32,000 nucleotides of DNA from Candidatus Saccharimonadota bacterium (GCA_963677765.1 OY782392.1:270001-302000); one strand, 5' to 3'; counted from the first letter of the stretch, positions 10,099 through 21,347 are shown. Notes: generated from the letters alone by a model not told the origin. Translations and numbers: made by a program.

Positions 10099-11338
10099 TT
10101 TTGATTAAATTTTTATAATTTTTTTCTAAAAATAAATAATCTGATTTAAAAATATCTAAATCATTATTTTTTAATCTTACAGCAGCTAAACTTCAAAATC
10201 AATCTTTTGTAGATCAATACATATTCCCTATGTTTTGTTTTGATAATCTAAGAGAACTAAAAGATTTTAATTTTTGAATCATAGACAGTAATTCATTATC
10301 ATATCAATCAAAAATTCATTTTGATAAAGCATAAAACACAAATACAGCATTAGAAAAATCAGAATTTGGTTCCAATGTTTTTCACAAAGGCATCTCCAAT
10401 AAATTGAATCCGTATAAGTTTTGCATCATTTCTAACCTGTAACCTCAAATTCTAGCATTTAATTCAATATTTTTTAATACTCATTTAGAGTTTAATTTAA
10501 AATCTTGAAATATATAAGTATTTTTTATTCAAAATGCTTTAACTTGTTTATCTACAAATTCTTTTACCATATCTATCGGAAGCTCTGAATCTATTATTTT
10601 TCAGTTTAATCTAACATAATTAAAAAAATCATCTATTCATATTTTTTCTGCTCAGTTAACTTTTACAACTGGAGAATAAAATATTTCTCAATCATTATTT
10701 ACAAAATAAACAATAGTATACATTTCTCAATCTATAAACTCCTCAATTAAATAGTTATTATTAACTATTCATCTATTTGTCATATTTGTTTCTAAGTCTT
10801 TAGCATTTGCTATATATTTTTTTAAATCATCAATATTATTAATTTTACTAACTCAAGAGCTTTGTACTCAAGAACTAGGTTTAATAATATATGGAAAATC
10901 TAAATAATATGCATAATCTTCAATATCTTGATCCAAATCAATAGATTTATACTTCACTGTTGTTTCAGGATAGCTTTTTAATAGAATATCTCTTTGCTTA
11001 TCTTTTTTTCTAAAAGATTCATAATGAGTTGAAACATTTAGTCATAAATTCAACCTTAAATCATGTACAGTAGGAACAATTACTTCATCAAAAGTATTTA
11101 TATAAAATATATTATCTATATTTTTTATTTGATTTAGTAAATCATTAAAAGAGTCATAAAAAAATATTTTTAGAAAATCATTTTCTTTTAATTCAACAAT
11201 TTTAGAAAAATCTGTAGTTTTTCTTTCAAAAAATGCATATGTAATTATAGAATTATTTTTATACAATTCGTTGTAAGCAAACTCATAATAATCATGCATT
11301 TTGTATCATCTAGATACATTTACAAAGATTTTATTCAT
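10088..11338 (-). CDS. ATP-grasp domain ligase (substrate unknown)
   Basis: YIIKPSSGVQSSGVSKI, LIEEFIDGEMYTIVYF and IELNARIGGYR, which fit the ATP-grasp fold motifs. 416 aa. Confidence 0.75.
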
Positions 11339-11447
11339 TAATTTGATTAGTTTTAATTTTTTCCAATTCTATTAATTTTTTAAAATAATCAAATCAAAAT
11401 ATTGATTTTATAAAAACTTGAATATAATAAACAAGCTAAATATTTTA

Positions 11448-11522
11448 GCTCCTATCGTCTAGTGGCTAGGACGCGACCCTCTCACGGTCGAGACAGGGGT
11501 TCAATTCCCCTTAGGAGTACCA
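11448..11522 (+). tRNA. tRNA-Glu (anticodon CUC), CCA encoded
   Basis: Acceptor GCTCCTA/TAGGAGT. D-arm TCGTCTAGTGGCTAGGAC is as in bacterial tRNA-Glu. Anticodon stem-loop CGACC-CT-CTC-AC-GGTCG. T-arm AGGGG-TTCAATT-CCCCT, then discriminator A plus CCA. Confidence 0.9.
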
Positions 11523-11532
11523 AAAGTGAAAC

Positions 11533-11568
11533 AAAAAAACCACTACTTTTAAAAGTAGTGGTTTTTTA
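11533..11568 (+). terminator. Intrinsic terminator after the tRNA; copy 1 of a duplicated hairpin element
   Basis: aaaaaaac-cactac-ttttaaaa-gtagtg-gtttttta. 11541-11568 is identical to 13153-13180. Confidence 0.8.
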
Positions 11569-11626
11569 AATTGATAAATAATTATAAAAATTATAATTGA
11601 ATTATATATTTATTAATCTTTTAATT

Positions 11627-12448
11627 ATGTTGAAAAAAATCTTATTAGTTTTTATAATATTTAGCTTACAATTTTCAAACTTATTAGCAAACTATATCGA
11701 TACTACAATAGAAAGCTTCCCTAAATATCCATTGTATATAAATGATGATATTTCTATAAAATTTGATAGCAATATAGAAATTGAAAAAAATAAAAAAACT
11801 AGCTATATATATAATGATTTATCTATAGATATACCAAGATTATCTTGATTAGTAAAAGATATTTCTGATAAATTATGAAAAGAAAACTTTATAGAGTTAA
11901 GAAAAAAATGAATTATTAATGTAAGATGAGACTTATTAAAGTTTTGAAAAACTCAAGATTATTGATGAGTTTATTGAGCTTCAGAAGAGTATTTTAAATG
12001 AAATAGTGATGATTTACTTAGTATAGAATGAAACTTTATTGAAAATAAGATTTCGTATACAATAGATTCTAAAAATGATAATAACAAAATAATTATTAAT
12101 CCATTTGATAAAAAACAATTAGGTACTATGTTCACTTCATGAATAGAGTGACCTATACCAAAAATAACTATATACGATGATATAAAATTACCAATTGATT
12201 TAGTTATAAAAATAAAAGATAATTGATGAGAAGTTTATAAACCTGAAATAAAATATAATATATATAAATATTTAGTTAATATACCTGATAACACTTGAGA
12301 AAAATTAACTACTAATTCATATATAATAGCTCCCTATTATGAATTTGATTTACCTAAAATAAATTGAAAAAAAGAATTAGAAATTTTTTATAAAATATAT
12401 AAATGAAACAATAACTCATTTCAAATTATAGAATATAATATAGATTAA
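11627..12448 (+). CDS. Orphan secreted protein (273 aa)
   Basis: Signal peptide MLKKILLVFIIFSLQFSNLLA|NY. 274 codons with many TGA=Gly and no recognised family. The ORF-track TTG 11597 start is less likely than ATG 11627. Confidence 0.7.
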
Positions 12449-12458
12449 TAAAATTAAA

Positions 12459-13139
12459 ATGAATATTTATAAATATAAAATAGATGCTAAAAGTGTTAAT
12501 ATAAAATATGAATTATTATATTTTATAACTAATGAATTTTATTTTCAAAATATCAGTGAAGAAGATGAAGAACATAAAACAAAATATTTATATTTATGTA
12601 TAAAAAGTATGTTTGAACCAGAAATGGAAATTATTGAAAAGTATTTATATTTAATAAATTGAATATATTCATTTTTTAATTTAAAACATAAAAATATAGA
12701 ATTAATTAATAATAAATATATTCAACATAATAATATAAATATAGAAAAAGATATTAATATTAAAGGAGAAGATAACTTAAAATTAAGCCTTATATATAAA
12801 AAAATATTATGAAATAAAGAATATGAAGAAATTTTTATAATTTTATGAAATTGAATAACATTTTATAATATATATAAGATAACTGATATTTTTCATAGCA
12901 TGTGAATAAAAGAGAGCCCAGAAATAAAATTAATTAAACATACTGCAAACTCTACTGCTATTTGATTAGAATCTAGGCATTGATGAATTAAAAACAAACC
13001 TCCAAAAAACCCAATTTCACTAGATGAATCTTTTATGGTAATTAAAAATGTTATAATCAATGAATTAGGTATAAAAAAAGAAAAAGATATAGACGAAAAA
13101 TATAACCTATATCAAGAAACCAGTAAGTGGAAAATATAA
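12459..13139 (+). CDS. Orphan hypothetical protein (226 aa)
   Basis: 227 codons are open with TGA=Gly, which is improbable by chance in this AT-rich DNA. No signal peptide and no recognised motif. Confidence 0.65.
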
Positions 13140-13143
13140 AATC

Positions 13144-13180
13144 AAAAAAAAACACTACTTTTAAAAGTAGTGGTTTTTTA
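13144..13180. terminator. Bidirectional terminator; copy 2 of the duplicated hairpin element
   Basis: aaaaaaaaa-cactac-ttttaaaa-gtagtg-gtttttta. The stop of the convergent membrane-protein gene (13180-13178) lies in its T-tract. Confidence 0.8.
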
Positions 13181-13831
13181 TTTTGAATAAAATTTAGTGA
13201 AATATAAAATTATTCAAATAAAATATATTATTAAAAAAGGTCAAATTTCAGTATATAGTAACCTTTCGTTCTGCCACCATAAATTATCATTTAAAATCTC
13301 TGAACGATAAAACCAGTCAATATTATTTAGAAATCATCAAATTATAATGAAAGAAAAAATTAAGTTAATACTTGAAATAATAACTCCTGTAGATAATTGT
13401 CTTACCGAAAGCTTATTTGTAAGTCATATCCTAAAACTATATAAGTAACCTAAAATAGGAATAAATTTAGCATACATAAAATAATAACGAAGTTGTTTAT
13501 TTGATAGTTTTTTAAAATGATTATATTTTTTAAAAATATATCAAATAAAATACAGTATAATATCTAATATAATAACAAAAATTATATATTTAGCATTCAA
13601 AAAAAATAAAGAAAATAAAAATAAAAGCATAAAAAAATAATCTATTTTTTTATTGTTTATATATTTATATGGAATATAAAAGAATAATCATAATAATATA
13701 AGGTTTATAATTATTATGATTATTAGATTACTTGTGATATATGAAAAGAAAGAAAAATACCACATACCGCTAAACAAATAATCACATGTAACTCATAGTA
13801 ATCATAAGTCTGTATTTCAGATATCACACAT
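13178..13831 (-). CDS. Multi-pass integral membrane protein, uncharacterised
   Basis: 218 codons are open with TGA=Gly. There are several hydrophobic stretches (NLIIIIIINLILLGLFFYI, FFMLLFLFSLFFL, IIFVIILDIILYFIGYIF, VIISSINLIFSFIIIGGF, IGPFLIIYFIGIILYF). The start is uncertain between ATG 13831 and a downstream Met. Confidence 0.6.
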
Positions 13832-13881
13832 TAGTATTCATTTCTCTAATAAGTTCATCATTTTTGAATTATAAAATATTT

Positions 13882-14574
13882 TTAATCCACTCAAATTCAA
13901 TGTTCTAATAAAAACTCTCTATACTCACCTGCTTGAACAAAATACTCAACATTTTTTTCTTTGAATTCATCATCTTCTTCTGCAAGAATAGCATTTGGTT
14001 TTATCCATTCAATTAGTTGTCAGTTATTAAAATAATAACGATTATCTACTATAGATTCTACCTTAAAATCATCAAAAGTAATAGGTTTATCATAGTAAGT
14101 TTCTCTAGAGAAAACAAAAAATAATTCTTTGTCCCAAAAATAATACTCTACTATTCATTTTCACATATCTCAATAATATTTTTCGATTATTTTATCAAGA
14201 TGTCATCAATTATCTTGATTATAATATCAGATTATCTCACTTCATCAACTCGTCTCTCAATAAGTTGTAGCTGATAATTTCATATAGTGATCTTCTGAAG
14301 TATTTATTACACCAAATTTACGCTTAATTTCTTTTATTATTTCTTCTTTCGTTAGACTATTCTCTTCTTTATATACAATGCTTCATGAATTATAGATTTC
14401 AGCTTTTCAAGCAGATATACTTTCTAGTTTTTCTATTTTTTCTGATTGATTATTAATCATTTCTTGTTGTTTTTCTAATTTATTTTTTATATCACTTATT
14501 TCACTATTATCATTATTTATAACTACACATGATGATAAAAAAATAAGTAAAAATAGTATAATAGGCTTTTTCAT
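13882..14574 (-). CDS. Lipoprotein, uncharacterised (230 aa)
   Basis: MKKPIILFLLIFLSSC lipobox, followed by a coiled-coil-like EISDIKNKLEKQQEMINNQSEKIEKLE. Starts 15 nt after the stop of the upstream transporter gene. Confidence 0.75.
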
Positions 14575-14589
14575 TTTTGTTTTAATTAA

Positions 14590-15705
14590 TTATTTAATAA
14601 TAGTTTTTTTAGTTTCTAAATATTTTCATAAAAAAACTTGGATAACTGCTGCTGCAGGAACTGAAAATATTATTCAAATAATACCAAATAGACTAGCTCA
14701 GATTGTCATAGAAATAAGTACTGTAAATGGAGATAATGACAAAGTTTTTCACATTATATATGGAATTAATATATTTCACTCTACTTGTTGAATAATTAAA
14801 TAAACTATAAGTATTGCGAAAAATCATTCAACTCAAGCTCATAATCATACCAATAATGCTATAGCAAGAGATATAAAAGTTCAGATATAAGGTATAAACT
14901 CCATAAATCAAGCTATCAAAGCAAGTGTAAATATTCATTCTATTTCAATTCAGAATAACTTTAGTATAAAAAGTGAAATAAGTGTTATAAAAAACATTGC
15001 TATTGATATTATTATTTGTCATTTAAACCATTCACCAAGAGTAGAAACAACATCTTTTTCATTATTTAATAAGTATTTTGAAAAATCATAAGGTATTATT
15101 TTATAAAAAAACTTTCTTATAGATTTTCTTTCTAAACTTATAAAAAAAGTAAATATAAAAACCATAACTAGATTAAATAAAACTGATGTAACTCAAGTAA
15201 TAATTCAAGCTCAACTAGAGATCAATCATGATAGATTATCACCAAAAAACTTAGATATTTGTGATATATTATCTTTTAAAGAATTCAAAACTTGTTCTAT
15301 TTCTATTTTTGATATTATATTTTCTAGATAAATAGGCAATCAAAATCATGATACTCCTGATTCTTTATAAATACTTAACCATCAATTAACACTTTTTGAT
15401 AAATAATCAAAAAATCAACTAACTTGATTAGCTACAAGTGGTATTACAGAAAACAAAAATATAAATATAAGTAAAGAAATTATAAAAAATATAATTATCA
15501 TTCAAAAGAAATCATTTATTTTGTATCTATTTAAAAAATTCAAAAATGGTGAAAATAATACAACTATAAATATAGAAAATAATAATATAAATATTATATT
15601 TATAATACTAAATAACAAATAAGCCAAAACAGCAAATAATAAAATTATCAACAACTTTGAAATAAATAATTTATTTGAATCAAATGAAAGTATATTTTTA
15701 TTCAT
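14590..15705 (-). CDS. AI-2E family transporter (PerM/YhhT-like)
   Basis: 371 aa polytopic protein. FMEFIPYIGTFISLAIALLV and LIIQQVEGNILIPYIMGKTLSLSPFTVLISMTIGASLFGIIGIIFSVP are typical of PF01594. Confidence 0.88.
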
Positions 15706-15731
15706 AGTATTTAATTAATATATATTTATAT

Positions 15732-15774
15732 TATTGTATTTTTTATTTAAAACATATCAATAAAAAATACAATA
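15732..15774. repeat. Perfect 16-bp inverted repeat with 11-bp spacer in the perM/Na-Pi divergent intergenic region
   Basis: tattgtattttttatt (15732-15747) and aataaaaaatacaata (15759-15774) are exact reverse complements. It lies 27 nt upstream of the perM ATG. Confidence 0.8.
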
Positions 15775-15861
15775 TATTTAATGATTATAAAACTATAAAT
15801 AGCTTAATCACATATATCTTAAAAAATTTAGTAAAATTAAATTAATATTATATTCAATTTA

Positions 15862-15890
15862 TTGACATATATAATTATTTATGTTTTAAT
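15862..15890 (+). promoter_or_regulatory. Promoter of the Na/Pi cotransporter gene
   Basis: TTGACA (15862-15867), 17-nt spacer, TTTAAT (15885-15890), preceded by TG at 15882-15883 (extended -10 like). The 16-mer TTGACATATATAATTA is shared with the mini-gene B promoter. Confidence 0.5.
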
Positions 15891-15925
15891 ATATTAAGAC
15901 TTTATTAATTAAGAAAAAAGAAGAA

Positions 15926-17893
15926 ATGTTTAAGAATATATTTAATAGGCTATTTTTTATAGCTATTTTATCTGTTTTATCATATGGTTTTTGGATTAGT
16001 CCAGATTTTAAAGATATATCTGCATGAGTAGCGATATTTTTATTTTGAATGATGTTTTTACAACAATGATTCAAAGCTTTTACATGATGAACATTGGAAA
16101 AAATTCTACAAAAAAGTACAAATAAAACATGGAAAAGTATGTTATTTTGATTTGTGGCATCTTCTACTATGCAATCTAGCTCTTTAGTTGCAGTTTTAAC
16201 TATATCATTTTTAAGTGCAGAGCTAATAACTCTTATACAATCACTTTGAATAATATTATGATCTAATATATGAACAACTACCTGAGCATGGCTAATAGCA
16301 GGTTTTTGAATGAAAGTAAACATATGAGCATATGCTATGCCAATGATAGTATTTTGACTTATTTTTTCTTTTAGAAAAGAACAAGTCATGAAATGAATGT
16401 GAAACATATTAGCATGATTATGATTCTTGTTTTTGTGAATTCACTATATGAAAATATGATTTGAATCATTTCAAAGTAGTATTAATCTAATAGATTTTGC
16501 AATGACTTGATTTGTATGAGTATTAATATATGTATTAATATGAATGATTGCTACAATTGTTATGCAATCAAGTCATGCAACTATAATATTAGTAATTGCT
16601 GCCCTAGCAACATGACAAGTAACATATGAGAATGCCTTAGCATTAGTTATATGAGCAAATATAGGTACAACAATAACTGCTGTTATATGATCAATAACTG
16701 CTAATGTTAACTGAAAAAGACTAGCTTTAGCGGATGTGATGTTTAAAAGTATAACAGGAGTATTATTTATAGTGTTTATATTTCAAATTACATGAGTAGT
16801 AGATATTATAGCAAACTTTTTAGGAATATGAGCTGAAAACTATACACTTAAACTAGCAATTTTTCATACACTATTTAATATAGTTTGAGCAATTTTTATA
16901 GTTCCCTTATTGCCTAAATTGATAAAATTTATTACAAAAGTATTTCCTGATAAAAAAGAAAACCAAAATGTATATACAAATAAATATTTAAATGAAGCAG
17001 TATTTGAGTTCCCTGATACAGCTATTATATCTCTTATAAAAGAAACAAGGCATTTGTATCAAAATACTATAAGTGTAGTATTAGAAAGCTTATGATTAAA
17101 CAAAGAAGATATAAAATCATGATATAATTTTGAAGATATAAAAGATAAAATAAAAGTTATAGAAGCAGAAGAAATAGATGATTTATATAATAGAAAAATT
17201 AAATTCCTATATTCAGAAATAATTAATTATTCTACTATAGCTCAATCTAATAATTCAGAAAAATACTACAATAATTTTTATGATATAAAATTAGCAAATA
17301 GAAATTTAGCAGAGGTTATAAAAGCTATAAAACATATGCAAAAAAACCTTAAAAAATATCTAAAGTCAAAAAATAATGAAATAAAAAAACAATACGAAAA
17401 AATATTATTGGACTTATTTGAATTATTACAACTAATACAAGAATTAAGTGATTCTACAAAAAATGAGGAAAAATTATTAATTATAGCTAGAATAGAAAAA
17501 TCATTAAAGAAAAATGATATAATAGCAAACTGAGAAATAGATAGACTAATAAGAAAAAACCTTATAACAAACGAAATGGCAACATCATTAATGAATGATA
17601 GTTACTATAAAAATGAAATATTTGATGATTTATTAGAAGTTTCTCAAATAATATTTAATAATGATATAAGTGATAATATTACACAATTAAAAAATACAAA
17701 AAAGATAAAAAATTGGTTTAATAAATCTTTTGGTTTATCTGAAAAAAAATTGGAAAAATCTTTATTAAAATTAAAAAGAAAAAAATCTAATTTAAAACAA
17801 AAGCTAAAGAAAATAGAAGATAATCTAGATAGAAATAAAATAGTTCAAGAAATTGAAAATATAGATTTTGTAATAAGAAAATACAAAAGTTAA
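15926..17893 (+). CDS. Na+/phosphate cotransporter family protein (NptA/YjbB-like) with long C-terminal PhoU-like/coiled-coil region
   Basis: Two Na_Pi_cotrans repeats: STMQSSSLVAVLTISF with GSNIGTTTGAWLIA, and VMQSSHATIILVIAAL with GANIGTTITAVIGS. 655 aa with a Lys-rich helical tail. Confidence 0.88.
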
Positions 17894-17917
17894 GATTTAA
17901 ATATCTTAACTTTTTTA
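17889..17917 (+). terminator. Intrinsic terminator (the stop codon is in the stem)
   Basis: gttaagat-ttaaat-atcttaac-tttttt. Confidence 0.7.
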
Positions 17918-17964
17918 TTGACTAAAATAAAAAATAAATATACTTAAAAAGTTATTTATTGACA
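17918..17964 (+). promoter_or_regulatory. Candidate zur promoter with overlapping AT-rich dyad (possible Zur operator)
   Basis: TTGACT (17918-17923), 15-nt spacer, TATACT (17939-17944). The dyad AATAAATA(T)ACTT-aaa-AAGTTATTTATT (17933-17960) is a 12-bp inverted repeat with one bulge. A second TTGACA (17959-17964) has no usable -10. Confidence 0.3.
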
Positions 17965-17979
17965 CTAAGTCCCAATAAT

Positions 17980-18375
17980 ATGAATATAGAAAAAATTTTA
18001 AAAGATAATAAAAACAGAGTTACTCCTGAGAGAATAGCTATTTTTAATTTTTTAAAAACAAAACATTTATTTACATATAACGATATAACTAAGAATTTTT
18101 CAAACATATGAAGATCTAGTATTTTTAGAACTCTAAACTTATTTTTAGATATTTGAGTTATTAGAAAAGTAGATATATGAGATAATACAAGTACTTATGA
18201 ATTAAACGACCACAATCATCATCATGAGCACATGAAATGTAGTAATTGTAATGATATAATTAGCTTCCATTCAGATAAAATTTGTAATCAAATATTTGAA
18301 GAAGCAAAAAAACTATGATTTGAGATAAAACAACACAATATATGAATTGTATGAACTTGTAAAAAATGTATATAA
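17980..18375 (+). CDS. zur: Fur-family metalloregulator, probably Zur
   Basis: N-terminal winged helix (RVTPERIAIFNFLKTKHLFTYNDI, SSIFRTLNLFLDIGVIRKV). HHHEHMKCSNCNDI and GTCKKC form the CxxC...CxxC site. The Zur assignment comes from the adjacent Zn genes. Confidence 0.8.
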
Positions 18376-18394
18376 TTAATTAAAAAACAAAAAA

Positions 18395-19600
18395 ATGAAA
18401 AAAATACCTGTTACAGTGTTATCATGATTTTTATGAGCATGAAAAACAACTCTATTAAACCATATATTAAAACAAAGATGAGATAAAAAAGTTGCTCTTA
18501 TAGTTAATGATATGTGAGAAATAAATGTAGATGCAACCCTAGTAAAAAATTGAAATAACCTATCAAAAACAGAAGAAAAGTTAGTAGAAATGGATAACTG
18601 ATGTGTATGTTGTACACTTAGAGAAGATTTACTTATAGAAGTAGAAAAATTAGCCAAAGAAGGAAAATATGACGCATTAATTATAGAATCATCTGGTATT
18701 TCAGAACCAGTACCTGTAGCACAAACTTTTAGTTATATAGATGAAGAAACAGGTGTTGATTTAACTAAATGGGCAGAATTAGATTCTATGGTTACAGTAG
18801 TTGATGCTTATAATTTTTTAGACCAATTTTGAAGCGATAAAACTCTAGCTGATATAAAAATATGACTTAGCGATGAAGATGATAGGCCTTTGGTTAACTT
18901 AATAGTAGAACAAATAGAGTTTTGTAATATAGTTATTCTTAATAAATGTGACTTAGTATCAAAAGAAGAGTTAAAATATATTAAATGAATTATAAGATGA
19001 TTACAAGCAGATGCAAAAATCATAGAAACAACTAATTCTAAAGTAGATATATCAGAAATAGTTGATACTAAACTATTTGATTATGATAAAGCTACTATGA
19101 GTCCATTATGGATAAAAGAATTAGAGTCATGATGACATCACACTCATGTATCTGAAACTGATGAATATTGAATTACATCATTTGTATACAAAAGATATAA
19201 ACCTTTTCATCCAGAAAGATTTTTAGAAATCATAAATAAAACATGGCCTTGAGTAGTTAGATCAAAATGATTAGTATGGATTGCTTCTAGAAATGATTAT
19301 GCATGAAACTGGAGTTTGGCAGGTTGAAGTATAAAACTTGATGCTATGTGAAGATGGATGGCAAGTTTTTCTAGAGAAGAAAGAATTGCTTACGACCCTG
19401 TTCAAAATATGGAGTATGAAAAAGAGTATGTATGAAAAAGATTTTGAGATAGAACTAATGAATTTGTAGTTATATGAGTAAAAATGGATAATCAAGAAAT
19501 AGAAAAATTATTAGATTATGCATTAGTTACTGATGAAGAAATGAATAATCCAGAAAAATGGTCAGAATTTGAGGATAATTTACCAAAGTGGTTTATATAG
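18395..19600 (+). CDS. COG0523 (CobW/ZigA/YeiR-type) zinc metallochaperone GTPase
   Basis: GFLGAGKTTLLNHIL, with three of its Gly encoded by TGA (18425-27, 18434-36, 18440-42). CxCC motif GCVCCT, plus ESSGISEP and NKCDL. 401 aa, TAG stop. Confidence 0.92.
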
Positions 19601-19624
19601 TTTATAAATTAATAATAATTAAAA

Positions 19625-20611
19625 ATGAAAAAAATAATTTTAAGTTTAATTGCCTTAATATTTCTTAGTTCTTGTACACAACAAGCAAAAATAGAAGATA
19701 ATAATAAAGAAGTCGAAAATAAAAAAATAAATATAACTACTTCTATAATCCCTTTAGCTTCAATTTCAAACTATATAGGTTGAGATTATGTAAATGCTAG
19801 TTCTCTAGTTCCAGTTTGAGTAAGTGCACATTGATATGATATGAAAGCTAATCAAATGGTTCAAATACAAGATTCTGATTTAATAGTATATTTATGATTA
19901 GAACACATAGATTGATTTTTAGAAAAAGCTTTAAATGAAAATAATAATTATATTAAAGTAGCTGAATGAATTAATCTTATAGAATGAGAAGAACATAATC
20001 ATGAACATGAAGAAGAAAGTCATGAAAATGATGAAGAACATCATGATGAAGAACATGAAGATGAACATAGTGAAGAAAATCATGAAGAAGAATCTCATAC
20101 AATAGATCCACATGTATGGACAAGCTCAAAAAATGCTATATTAATAGCTCAAAAAATAACAAATGAACTTGTTAATATAGACTCTAAAAATGCTGATTAC
20201 TATAAAAGTAATTTAGATAATTTTACTAATGAATTAGATACTATAAAAAATGATTTCATTCAAAAAAATAAAGATTTAAATCAAAAAGAATTTATTATAT
20301 TTCATGATGCTTATAATTACTTATTTGAAGAATTATCTATAAAACAAGAAAATAAAATCATATTTCAATCAAATGTTTTAAGTGATCCAAATTCAAAAGA
20401 AATGAAAGAATTAGTTGATGAAATAAATTTACATTGAATAAATATAGCATATAAAGAACCTCAACTAAATGATAGTAATTTACAAATGCTTGCAAATGAA
20501 TATAATATAAGAGTTGAAGTATTAAATCCCCTATGAGATGATGAGTCAAAAGATTGATATATAAACAACTATAAAAATAACCTAGAAAATTTAAAATATA
20601 TTTATGAGTAA
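19625..20611 (+). CDS. znuA: Zinc ABC transporter substrate-binding lipoprotein ZnuA with His/Glu-rich loop
   Basis: Lipobox LIFLSSC, plus DPHVWTS and FHDAYNYL. The acidic/His loop EEHNHEHEEESHENDEEHHDEEHEDEHSEENHEEESH is encoded at about 19983-20100. Confidence 0.9.
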
Positions 20612-21347
20612 AGATAAATCAAAACAAGAAATACTAAAACTAGAAAAAATAAATTTATCATATAACAATAAAAAAACTTATGTCTTAAAAGACATAAGTT
20701 TTTCAGTGTTTTCTTGAGAAATATTAAGTATTATTTGAGTTAATTGAGCTTGAAAGTCTTCCCTATTAAAAATAATAGCTTGAATTCAAAAGCAAAATTC
20801 TTGAAAAATTATAAAAAACTATAAAAAATTATCTTATGTTCCTCAAAAAATAAGTATAGATAAGAGTTTCCCTATCTTGGTATCTGAGTTTATAAAAATA
20901 TATAATATCTGAGTAAAAAAAGATGAAATAAAAAAACTATTAATTGAGTTTGATGCAGAAGATTTATTTGATAAAAAAATATGAGATTTAAGTTGATGAC
21001 AATTACAAAAAATTTTAATAATATCTGCTCTTATTTCTTCTCCAGATATTATATTACTAGATGAACCTACAGCATGAATAGATATAATTTGAGAAGAAAC
21101 TTTTTATAAAATAATAAAAAATGTACAAGAAAAATACCCTAAATTATCTATAATACTTGTATCTCATAATATAAAACTAGTTTATAAAAACAGTGATAAA
21201 GTTATATGTCTACATGAAAATAATTTTTGCTGCCACTGAACACCATTAGAGGTATCGTCAAATAAAATAACAGAAAGTTTATTTTGAAAATATACTCTTC
21301 CCTATAAACATAATCCACATAATAAAAATAATCATAAAAATATATAA
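20604..21347 (+). CDS. znuC: Zinc ABC transporter ATPase
   Basis: Walker A GVNGAGKSS (Gly from TGA at 20736-38, 20745-47, 20751-53), signature LSGGQLQK and Walker B ILLDEPTAGID. The start ATGAGTAA overlaps the znuA stop by 8 nt. Confidence 0.92.

Noticed and set aside
11448-11522. Whether this tRNA is the TGA-decoding suppressor tRNA-Gly(UCA).
   Set aside because: The anticodon loop reads CT-CTC-AC (CUC), and the D-arm and acceptor match tRNA-Glu. The recoding tRNA must lie elsewhere.
11529-13186. Calling the repeat-flanked cassette beside tRNA-Glu a mobile element or genomic island.
   Set aside because: It contains no integrase, transposase or other mobility gene, and it uses native-style TGA=Gly codons. 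I therefore report it only as a repeat-bracketed cassette hypothesis, not as a mobile_element feature.
15886-16407. Longest ORF in the supplied track (173 aa, minus strand).
   Set aside because: It is antisense to the Na/Pi cotransporter gene. With TGA=Gly the plus-strand frame is open for 656 codons and carries the QSSS and GxNIGTT family motifs. The minus-strand product is low-complexity with no motif.
17959-17987. TTGACA at 17959-17964 as the zur promoter -35.
   Set aside because: A -10 at the proper spacing would fall on or inside the ATG (17980). There is no acceptable TAnnnT there, so I kept only the distal candidate, at low confidence.
19931-20113. GAA/CAT-rich repetitive stretch with a 60-aa antisense ORF (MFFIMMFF...). 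I considered a tandem repeat or other non-coding repeat array.
   Set aside because: In frame on the plus strand it encodes the His/Glu/Asp-rich metal-binding loop typical of ZnuA. It has no spacer-repeat organisation, so it is not CRISPR or a satellite.
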